A stretch of DNA of 64,000 nucleotides from Convolutriloba macropyga. Lineage: Eukaryota. Within the stretch, counting starts at the first letter, position 1; each line of letters opens with the position of its first letter. Positions 10,701 through 20,439 of the stretch are shown here, piece by piece. The stretch spans positions 32,364,001-32,428,000 of the forward strand of contig NC_134481.1 of assembly GCF_964194025.1 (NCBI RefSeq), read 5' to 3'. The position numbers were made by a program, and so were the translations under genes. The notes under the pieces were generated by a model. That model searched no databases. It was not told the origin of the DNA and saw nothing but the letters and a program-made list of their open reading frames with translations.

Positions 10701-13700
10701 ATGTTGTACCTGGGAACCTCAAGGGAGCCCGGATCCGACAGTTCTCACTTCTGCCAACCTACAGATGTGGCTGTTTCTACCAAAAAAGGATACATATTTG
10801 TCGCTGATGGTTACTGCAACTCCCGAATTGTCAAGTTTGACAGAAATGGGAAGTACAAAGAAGAGTTCAAGCTCAATGACGAAGAACATACAGGCATTAA
10901 CGACAATGTGGAGGCAAGTAGTGTGACAGTTGCCGATTCTCTCTCGCTGGTCTGTGTTGCTAGTTACACACACGGGTTGGTTCACTGTTTCAATATTGAC
11001 TCTGGCGAAAGCTCTCGGGTGATTCATTCGCCAGCTGTGTTTGGAAGCCACCTGACTGCTGTTACCTATAGTGAGGCTGGAAGTTTGTTCTACGTTTTGG
11101 CTGCGCCTTCATCAGTTAATATCAAGGTCAGGGACTCATTTCAAATAATGCATGAAATTATTAGCTACTGCAGAGATATAGCGTTTATTATTGACACACG
11201 TTGACTTAAGTGACTTTTTCGCACTTCTCTTTAAGTGATCCCAGTTTTTATGCAGGTGTGAGATTAAATATCCTAACCGGCGGGAGGCGAATTGCCATCG
11301 ATTGTCTACACAAATGTTTGAAAAATTGCCCCCGGATTGGCAGATTTACATAAATTTGTTGCATTGCTTCATGATGCTGCAATTTTTCAATAAGAGCTGG
11401 ATCAATTTTAAAACCGAAATTTTGAGTTTTATGAAGATCTCGCTTTTTCAAACGTCTGGAGATTAGAATTCAGTCTTCACCCTATGATCATTCATTTAGG
11501 TAGGCAGTTCATCATGATATCTAATCCAACTACAACCACTCAAAATAGGATCATTTTCAATTGCTCTCCCATCGTGTGTTTTTTTAGAGCAAATCGTCCG
11601 ACTTTCAATCCCAATCTATTGCCGCTGTTTGAATACGCAGCCCAGTCAAAAGTTACCTAATCAATGAAGGCTTTTTGTTTTTATAGCTGTAAGCTGAGCG
11701 GAGCTATATTGCGGTGTCCTTCGTTTTTTACGACTCGAAGAGGATTATTGGTTTTTACGACTCGAAGAGGAGTATTGGTTTTCTCTCGGTCTTTTTACAA
11801 CTCGAAGAGGAGTATTGGTTTTCTCTCGGTTTTTTTTACAGGAAGTAGATTTGTTCACCCGGCATTTTGACCTAAAAGCGAAAGTGAGAAAAGCTGTCTT
11901 GGTGAACAGATTTTCGCTAAGCAAGAGAAGTTTTTTGATCATGCGCTACGTTTAGTGAATGACTTTTCGACTTTGAAAAGTAGTTTTTGACTGAATTGCA
12001 CATATAGATAACCGTTTTTAGCGTTATTTTTTTAATCTAAGTGGCCCAATTTTTTTGCTTTTAATTTGGTTTCTTGTAGAAATATTTTTTAGTTGATACT
12101 ATATTGAAATGTCAACCTCGCAAATTGATGCCACAGTGTTTTGCAGTGCCTGAAAATGCGTTTCAATTTGAAATTTGGCACATATTTCTTGATTTTAGTT
12201 TATTTTTGACTTTTTTCTTAATATCTGCATTTTTGGTGCTTTTAACCATCTTTTTTGTCAAAAATCAGTTAATGTGGCAACTTCTCGTTGATAATTCATA
12301 TACTCAAGGCCTCTTTCTGCCTCGATTTAATTCTGTTTTTGAAAATTGTACATATGCTGATCAGATTTTGGTAGTTTTTTCCGATTTTCGTCAGTTTTTT
12401 GTTTGTATTTTGGTTGTAATTGCTAGAAATAGTCTTTTTGTGCAACATGAGGGACTTTAATTTGGTTTCAATAAAAATTGAATCATTTTTTGGCGTTAAA
12501 GTTTGAAAAAACAGTTAAAACTTTTTCATAAATGCAGTCTTAACCTAAAAGTTCTTTGTCCATTTTTTGCAAAATGTTTCAATGTTTCGTATTTATGAAT
12601 TCTGCCTTTTCCCATTTTTTGTACTCTTCAGGAGGATAGATCTTTGTATCGGATGACTAGTTTTTTTTTCTATGTCTTGAATGCTGAACAATGAAATGTT
12701 TTCGTTTTTCTTGAATTTTTAAAATTGATTTTCAACGTTCAAAAATCAAGAATTTCTTTTTGTTACGGTGTTCCTTGCATTGAGCCCATATTTACATTCT
12801 AGTAAGTATCATTCTAGTTTTGTCCTGGCACCTACATTTATTTTCGGTATATTGATTTTTTTAGTTTAAAAAATGAATGATTTCAGCTTTTTCTTAGATT
12901 TTCGACATTTCTTTGGTTTGCAATTGATTTCTTTCAACATAAGGCAGTACTGAGAGTTTGATAGCAAAATTTCCACTTATGACTAATTACTACAGCTTTC
13001 TTCCGGCCTTGGTATTAATTAAAACGATTTTTTGCCTTTGAATATTCTGCTGCTTATGTCTTTTCTATGATCAATTTTATTTTTGATTTAGTATGAAATC
13101 ACGTTGTCTAGCTTATGTACAAGAAGGAACAGGTGTTGGCTGTTTTTTGTCTTAATCGCAGTGACTAAAAGTGTAATTGTAGGTGTTTTCTGATTCTTAA
13201 ATTTGAGCTTTCTTTTTTGAAAAGATTTAACTTAATTTCTAAGATTATCATCTGCCGTTTGCTTTCGCGATCCTTTTACAGATTAGAATCATGAGTTATT
13301 TGAGGGCTATTGATAACCTTGTCAGCTTTTTCAGACTATCAGGTTTTTGGCCACCTTAATTATTTTGGATTTTATAACGTTACCAAAGGTTTTCAATAAT
13401 ATAAAATTTTGCTGCATTTTATTTCTCTTGTTGACAGTGGTTTAAGTTTCACCAATTTTTAGAGCAGAGCTGGGGAGGTAGTGAGTTAATGGTTTAATAA
13501 AAAAGGTATGGGCTTCTTTTGCAATTACGGTTTTGTTATTTAAGTTCTGACGCTTCGAGTTGCTTCCGGAATTCTTCCGGCTATGTTTTTTTTTCAGGAA
13601 GTACTATTTGTTCAGGCGGCGTTTTGACCTAATAGTGAAAGCGAGTAAAATTGCCGTGTGAACTAATTTTTTCTGAGCGAGAGAAGTTTTTTGTTCATGC

Positions 13701-16700
13701 GCTGCGATCGGTGAATGACTTTTTGACTTTGAAAAGAGTTTTAAAGAGATTGGCGCATATAGATGACAGTTGTTAGCCGTTTTTTTCGTTCATTTGGCCC
13801 AATTTTTTTTGTAATTTGGTTTTTTATTGAAGCAAATTTTGATCGATACCGCATAAAAATGCAGCCATCTGAAATCGATGCCACAATATTTTTGAGAGCT
13901 TGATAACGCGTTTCAAATGCAAAATTGGTCCATTTTTCCGATTTTGTTTGTCAATTTTTGTTTTTTTTTCCATTAATTGCTTCATTTTTGGCTTTTTGAG
14001 CGGACTTTAGTTTATCAAATTAGTACATATGTCAATGTCGTTTTGATAATTCCTGAATTGGATGCCTCTTTCGGACGTGAGGTGTCTTTGTTTTTATAAA
14101 ACTGTACACATACTAACCCAATTTTGGCGGTTTTTGCCAAAGTTCTCATTTTTTTGTGTGTTTTGAGTTTATTTACCATTAAAAGATTTTTGGTTCACCA
14201 TCGTTGCTTTTGGTTTCGTTTTGTTGCCACAACTTTAAAATACAGTGAAAATTTTTACCATATTTTTAACAATTTTTTTTTGCAAATTGTTCTACTGTTT
14301 CGCAATTGCGCTCTTTTCACTTCTTACTGAGACAGGAGGATAGCTATGTAACGTTCATAAGCCTGGATTGCTTATTAACAAACAAAAGCATGTTTGCAAT
14401 TTTTTCATTTTGAGTTTTAATTAGCTTTTCCGATTTAGTTTTGATTTTTCAGAAATTGTCAATTTTTTTTCAATAGTTATCACAATGTATGTTTTCTCCC
14501 TATTCTAGCATGCTCCTTTCTACCATTCTCCTATGAATTATAATTTTATTCGTCCTGCCTGCTTTTTGTAAATTGAAAATAATTGTTTTGAACTAATAGT
14601 GTTTTAAAGTTTTTTTTTGCAATTGATTTTATTCAACATAATATGGTACTGAGGTTTTGCTACCTTTGCTTTTACAAATTTTGAACAGCTCTTTTTTGCG
14701 AATATTCTTATGGCTTGGTTTTGGTAAAATACGAATTTTTGGGTCTGAATATTGTTTTGTCTCTTTAGTCTTTTTCATGATTAATTTCGATTTGATTAAT
14801 TTTTTTGGTCATTGTTTAGTTTTATCGCGTTCATTGTGATTTAAGGCGACAAATATTGTTTACAGTTAAAGCGACAAAGTTTATTTAGTTACCAATTGAT
14901 TTCTGTTTTTTTATTATAAAATAGTGTTTCGATTGAGAGTTTACGGAAGTTGTTAAATTTTGTAACGAATTTCGGCCATTTCTTGCAGTATTCAACGTTT
15001 TCTTTTAAATTGAAATTTTGGGAGCCTAACATGGCTTGATTTCTGCTGCTCGCGTGCTTTGTTGTTTTCAATTGCTTCAAAAGAATTGGATTGTTTCATA
15101 TGCAGGAGGAATGTAATTTTTAGTTTAGTTGGTTTTATGGGCTATCTTCATTTTTGACGGATTTTTGTTGTTGTTAGTAGTCACTTTATTAGAAAACAGT
15201 TGATTTCAAAGGGAAATCTTTCATGAAGACGACTCTTCGAGTTGTTTCCGGATTTCTTCTGGCTATGTTCTTGATTTTTTTTTACCGGAAGTGCTATTTG
15301 TTCCGGCGGCGTTTTGATGTAATATTGAATGTGATTAATACTGCCATGTGAGCTAACTTTTTCTGAGCGAGAATGTTTTTTTGTTCAAGCATTGCGGTCA
15401 GTGAGAGACTTTTTGACTTCGAAAAGTTTCTGAGAGATAGGCCCACATAGATGACAGTTTTTCGCTGTGTTTTCGTCCATTTGGCCCCTTTTTTGTTTTA
15501 TTGTAACTTGGTTTTTCTGTAGAAGTAAAATTTCTCATGAATATGCAGACACCTTAAATTGTTACCACAATGTTTCGAAGAGCTTAATAATGCGTTTCAA
15601 GCGCAAAATTGGCCCATATTTCTACAATTTAATTGTCAATTTTTTGCTTTCATCGATTTCTTCATTTTTGGCTCTTTGAGCAGACTTTCTTTAACCAAAT
15701 TTCTAAATATGTGAACGTCTTTTTGATAACTCCTGAATTGGATTCTTCTTTTTGATGTGAGGTGTTTTGTTTTTATAAAACTGCACACTTACTAATCCGA
15801 TTTTGGCGGTTTTTGTCAAAGTTTTCTAAGTTTTTTGTTTGTACTTTGAGTTTATTTGCCATATAAAGTCTCTTGGTCACCATCGGTGTCTTTGTTTTCA
15901 TTTTGTTGCTAATATAATTGTTTTTGCCGATAAATGTCTAAATTCTTTGAATATTTTTAACGTATTTTGAAGATTTTTTCAATTCTTACTAAGACAGGAA
16001 GATGCCTATGCAATTTTCGTAGACCGTGATTGCTTAACAACAAAAAATCCATGTTTTTTGCACTAATTTTTTTTAGTTTGATTTTTTATTAGAGCGTCGA
16101 ATTTAGCTTTTTTGGTTTTTCAGAAATTGCGAAATACTTTTTTATTCTTTTTCACAATATACGTATTTTCCATGTTCTATTATGTTTCTTTCTGACATCA
16201 TAAGATCTATTGTTTTTATGCGCCCTGCCTTTGAAAATTGAAAATCATCGATTTCAACTAATGATAAATTGTTTTTTTTTTTGTTTTTTTTTTTAAAGTT
16301 TTTTTGTTTGCAATTGATTTTCTTTTACATACTATAGCAGTGAGGTTTTGCTAGCTTCACTTTTACAAATTTTTAAGAATACTCTTTTGCTGCAAATATT
16401 CTTAGGGCTTGGTTTTCGTAGCATACCAATTTTTTGCGTTTGATTATAGCTCAGTCTCTTTGCCTTTTTCATGATTAATTTTGATTAATTTTTTGGTCAT
16501 TGTTTAGTTTTATTGCGTCCATTGTGACTTAAAGCGACAACTAATGTTTATATTTAAAGCGACAAAGTTTGTTTAGTTATCAATTGATTACTGTTCTTAT
16601 TTTGTAAAATAGGGTTTCGGTTGAGAAAACTACCGGAAATTGATCAATTTTGTAACAATTTTAGGCCATTTCTTGCAGTATTCAAATGTTTCTTCCAAAG

Positions 16701-18409
16701 TAAAGCTTTGGGAGCCTGACAAGTTTTGCTTTTTGCCGCCCGCGTGCTTTGGTTTGAGTTGTCCACAAAACACAAAAATTTGGCTTATAGTACATAGGAG
16801 TAATGTAATTTTTTTAGTTCAGCTGGTTTTATTGGCTATCTTCAGTTTTTGACTGAATTTTTTGTTTTTAGTAGTTGTTTTAGTAGGAACCAATTGATTT
16901 AAAAGTAATTCTTTCCCGAAGACGACTCTTCGAGTTGTTTCCGGAATGCTTCGGGCTATGTTTTTTTGTTTCGTCGTCTGACGCTCTTTTTCGTTTTACA
17001 TTTGTTCACACGGCAAAGCTGAAAATGTCAAATTTTCTGATTGGCTTCTTCCTCTCACTGACGGCTTTTGCGCGTAACTTCATTTCGCACTCTCTCTCTC
17101 TATCACAAGTTTTTGCGTGATTGGATTTTGATCATACGTGACTTACCTCAATCAATTAAATGACTTTTACACTTTAAAACTTAAGTTTAATTTGAATTAA
17201 ATTAGGGTCAAAGGAACTCATCTGTGTAATAAAGGTTCCTAATGAAAGGACTTCTGCACAATGAGTTTTAACAAGCTTTATTAATTTATAGCTGATGTTT
17301 TACTTTTCGATACATTTTTCAACTTAGTTTGTGATATGAATTTAGTGGCAACCATATTGGTCGTGCTGGTCTTTTTATGTGCAATTTTTCCTGCTACCAA
17401 TTTTTGTCTGACAGATTTTTGTTGACTTTTGGGCTTGAGAAGTGGGATAAACTGGTAAATCTCGGGGTATTAAGTTTCTGTGCAGTTCTCTAAAAATGAA
17501 TTACACTAAATATGGGGTACACCGGAACTGCAGAGGAGAAAAATTGTATATTTAGTCCTCAACACCCCCCCCCCGCCTCGCCAACCCTACACCAATACCT
17601 GGATATCATCATAAGAAAGTGAAACTAACTCTGACGAAGAAAAGTTGGGGAGACCGTTTTTTAGCTGGAACATTTTTTTCTGGAAAATTCAAGAATAAGG
17701 AAAGTATTGAGCTGTGTGAGTGTGGTGAAAAAGTTGCTCTCCGATTTACTTTGCTCTCTGGTCGTTTTAGACGCAGGCATTCTCAGTGGACATCAATTCG
17801 GAACAGGCAATGCAAGCTTTCTCACCTGGGAAGGAAACAGGATTTATGTCAGTGACGTACGATATCGTTGCGTCACCAGAGAACCAATATATCTACGTTT
17901 GCGATCAAAGCCAAAACAAAATTTACAAATTCATCCAAATGGAAAAGAGTTTCCTCGCCCGTGGAGTGTCGCAAGGAACTTCTTCGAAATTAGTGGGCGA
18001 AGGCAAGGAAAGCTCATGGAAAAGTGGGGGAAAGTTTGACGAAAGTTTCTATTCCTCGCTGGCGATTTTGTTACTAATTGCTATTCCTTTGACTATTGTA
18101 GTTACAGCCACTATTGTATCAAGATCACGAGCTAAAAGTCATCCCATGGCTGATCACCGTAAGTTCGTGTCCTGGTCATCAAAGAAAGGATACGACAAGG
18201 CATCGATCCACGAGAAACGAAAGTCGAAGCAATCGGGAAGCGGTGGAGGAAGCGGAAGCAGTAACGGATTGGTCAACGGTGTTACAGGGATGTTGGGTGG
18301 AGGTGGAAAGCGAGGGTTCCACCGATTGCCAAGTGTGGACTCGGATCGTGAGGCCGATCGGCTAACGGACTCAGAGGCGGAGGAGTTTACGAGTCAGCAA
18401 GTTATGTAA
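929..18409 (+). CDS. PAM: PAM-like protein (PHM + PAL + TM + cytosolic tail), 6 coding exons: join(929..1727,5481..5607,6460..6713,10013..10449,10674..11126,17771..18409), 902 aa; predicted catalytically dead
   Basis: Exon lengths 799+127+254+437+453+639 = 2709 nt = 903 codons including TAA. All five introns are GT..AG with matching phases (1,2,1,0,0). Motifs GVGFEIG, PQVFYP, GDMLAIRC, LPHGL, HFCQPTDVAV, DGYCNSRIVKF and DIVAS are collinear with vertebrate PAM. Confidence 0.92.
2260..2677 (+). mobile_element. DINE-1/Helentron-like non-autonomous element, family A
   Basis: 5' aattgatctcaaacgaag, core ctgacccatttgacttttcgtcc..gggcattaagt, C-rich centre, 3' inverted gtttaagagaaatt then stem-loop CGACgctaGTCG. 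Confidence 0.6.
2701..2785. repeat. Tandem repeat, three copies of 27-29 bp (aacgaataacattacatctgttggc)
   Basis: Directly visible. Confidence 0.9.
3708..4054 (+). mobile_element. Family A element copy
   Basis: attgctctcaaac ... tttgagagcaatt inverted ends, same core and C-rich centre. Confidence 0.6.
4617..4660. repeat. Tandem repeat, about four copies of 11 bp (t(t/c)aagaatata)
   Basis: Directly visible. Confidence 0.85.
5481..5607 (+). CDS. PAM: PAM-like exon 2 (PHM C-terminal subdomain)
   Basis: Acceptor tttag at 5476-5480; GNPGWPQVFYPMEHVFKISNGDMLAIRC resembles rat NPQLPQAFYPVEHPVDVTFGDILAARC; donor GTAAGT at 5608. Confidence 0.9.
6460..6713 (+). CDS. PAM: PAM-like exon 3 (end of PHM and linker)
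   Basis: Acceptor tttag ending 6459; ESQCSLTFLFF..FLLCT..SLFSSIP resembles DEMCNLYIMYY..FMTCT..DMFRTIP; donor GTTAGT at 6714. Confidence 0.87.
7392..9652 (+). mobile_element. Composite Helentron-like element in PAM intron 3: host (family B) carrying a 1.76-kb family C element at 7444-9203
   Basis: 5' hairpin aatagccgcacagcgatagctggggctatt; 3' ggctatcttCTGGCAatcTGCCAGctatgtt; insert bounded by acgactcgaagag and cttcgagtcg plus CCGGAattccTCCGG. Confidence 0.62.
10013..10449 (+). CDS. PAM: PAM-like exon 4 (start of PAL NHL-repeat propeller)
   Basis: Acceptor tttttag ending 10012; LFVHRSDR, KFGKGLLVLPHGLYVD..YVTDIAKHQVIK; donor GTAAGC at 10450. Confidence 0.92.
10674..11126 (+). CDS. PAM: PAM-like exon 5 (PAL core)
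   Basis: Acceptor cacag ending 10673; EPGSDSSHFCQPTDVAV..IFVADGYCNSRIVKFDRNGKY; donor GTCAGG at 11127. Confidence 0.9.
11682..17290 (+). mobile_element. Composite Helentron-like element in PAM intron 5 containing three head-to-tail units of about 1.7 kb (about 11839-13590, 13595-15270, 15285-16965)
   Basis: Each unit starts ggaagt..tttgttc..cggc(a/g)ttttga and ends cttcgagttg.ttccgg..ggctatgtt; the first unit closely matches 7490-9203. Confidence 0.7.
11725..11830 (+). repeat. Triplicated family C 5' end (ttttac(g/a)actcgaagagga(g/t)tattggtttt)
   Basis: Three copies at about 11726, 11753 and 11793. Confidence 0.85.
17771..18409 (+). CDS. PAM: PAM-like exon 6 (last PAL blade, transmembrane helix, cytosolic tail)
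   Basis: Acceptor ttttag ending 17770; TYDIVASPENQYIYVCD..IYKF; TM SLAILLLIAIPLTIVVTATIV; tail KRGFHRLPSVDSD..SEAEEF; stop TAA 18407-18409. Confidence 0.9.
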   Translation, partial: TQAFSVDINSEQAMQAFSPGKETGFMSVTYDIVASPENQYIYVCDQSQNKIYKFIQMEKSFLARGVSQGTSSKLVGEGKESSWKSGGKFDESFYSSLAILLLIAIPLTIVVTATIVSRSRAKSHPMADHRKFVSWSSKKGYDKASIHEKRKSKQSGSGGGSGSSNGLVNGVTGMLGGGGKRGFHRLPSVDSDREADRLTDSEAEEFTSQQVM

Positions 18410-19847
18410 TCATCTATCACTGAAATTCATAACTATGTATGAGTCCGTTATATCGTCGCATTTTTTAAATATAACAAACACTCATTTTGGGAGCTGCTTT
18501 ATATCCGAGGGTACAATGAAATCTGCTGCTCTCATTGTATTTTGCAGATTTGCAATTGCTAATTTATCGCTTATAGGCAATGTAAAATTTGAGAAACACC
18601 GAGCATTTGTTTATCCGACATTTGATTGGCTTCCTCCGGAGGAACGAAGACAGATCCCGTTTCTGTTTTTTCCCTATTGTAGACCCGCTAGCTTATTGTT
18701 GCCTCTGCTGTTTAAATTTTAGAACATTGTATGACAAGATATTTAAATTTACCGGAAGATGTTTGGTGCTTGTTTTATTGGATGTTCGAAATGCAACTGC
18801 GTTTTCTAGATTTCACGGGCTCATAAATGCGAGCCAATTGACCTCAATGGAGGAACAAAAAAATTAAAAAATGTGAACCTAGAAGACCTTAAAAATGATT
18901 CGCGTTTTGAAATTCGTGGATTCAAGCTGTGCGATAATAATAACGGCAAATAATAACCTTTCCATTTGTTTTAGTTCAAACAGTTAAGAGTTGATTTGCT
19001 CGCATGGCCTCTATGTTTTGGTTCTATGTTTACGTTGGAACAAAGCTTCGTTTGTTTGCGGACTTTCACGACTTTTTGTTTTGTTACCCGGAGTTCTTCT
19101 GTAACGGCTGCTCTCCCACTTATGTCACAGAAAGCGTTACGCCGTCACTTCGTTTCAGAGATGTCGGGATTTTGTCTTAGCAGTAAGTTTTTGAACTGCA
19201 TGTCCGCTAGATCGTAGATTACCGATACTTGGTAGTCAATAGTAGATAACCGGTACTGGATACTAGATTACTCGCTACTCAATTACTCCCAATAACTAGA
19301 CGTTGATCGTTGATTATCAAAAAATAGCCTCGCTCGAAATGTCAATTAATTCCGAGTAACTCAATTCCAATTAATTTGCTGGACTTTTCGGTAAGTGGTT
19401 CAAATTAGAAAATTAGTTCCTGTCAAATTTTGAAAATGCCTTTCACTCACTGTCAGCCAAATGATATAGCAAACCTCTATAAAGCCCTCTTTAAAGTACT
19501 CAAATTCGAATAATCTGTTTTAACTGTTTTTTCTCATTACTTTTACTAACAACAATATCGAGACTAATTAGGCTTTAACACCCGTAGGGAAAACCTTGTA
19601 GTCTTTTGTGCTCCGCGCAGAGTCTCTCTGACCAAGAAACTGTTACTCGGAAATTTCTTTTCGAAAAGTCAGTAATGTTAAAGCTGTAATTAATCATTTG
19701 AATAGCAAAAGCAAAAAACAGTGACAAGTCACTTATCGCTCATGAAATGCGTTTCAGTGCGTACTGTATGTCAGGTTAATCGACCAAATAGCTGAGTCTT
19801 CAAGTGATTTTGGTACTTCTGAACCTCAATTTATACGGTCAGTTATT

Positions 19848-20280
19848 AATTGCTCTCAAACGAAGTTGTAGCGATTATATTAGTCCCGTCGGTCTATTTT
19901 ATGCGATTTTTCGCTTAGTCGGTTTTTGGTCTGACCCATTTGACTTTGTCCTCAAAAACGGGATGAACAGGTAGTGTCCAGTGGGCATTAAGTGCTCTTA
20001 GAGCCTTTCAAATCACTAGTCTCCAATTTTGCGATTCGCAGAAACTGTTTTGGAGACTTATACATATGGTGTAAAGGGCGGTTCTCAGAAGTTGTACCCC
20101 ACCCCGCATTAGCCTCCCTCTCACTTCACCCCTCCCTCAATCCCCACCCCTGCACATTGTTCAGGCCGTAAGGGGACCGTGCAGCCAAAACCCCCTCCCA
20201 CCGTTGCCCCCCTCCCACCCCACTTGCCTCCCTTCAGCCCCCACCCCCCACTTGCCCCCCTCAGCCCCCCTCAGTGAGAG
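19848..20280 (+). mobile_element. Family A element copy
   Basis: aattgctctcaaacgaagt start, core, long C-rich tract 20095-20275. Confidence 0.6.
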
Positions 20281-20439
20281 ACAGGAGTACGTTCAATTAC
20301 GAAATGACATCAAAATAAAATGCACTTAAAAATGTTTATACAAAAATTTTGTTGATATTTTTTTTCTTTCAATCCCAATAGAGTTATGTGAATCAACGGT
20401 GGCTATTTTCCGGCAATCTGCCGGGTATGTTTGTTTTTG

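Noticed and set aside
12104-16852. Phe/Leu-rich ORFs in PAM intron 5 as membrane proteins or a transposase
   Set aside because: Arise from T-rich repeat units; frames are not preserved between homologous units
17619-18365. Overlapping alternative-frame ORFs on PAM exon 6
   Set aside because: Shadow frames; only the 17771 frame matches PAL, TM and tail and the splice phase
929-18409. PAM-like locus as a decaying pseudogene
   Set aside because: Uninterrupted 903-codon frame, five canonical in-phase introns, retained cysteines and tail; losses concentrate on catalytic residues
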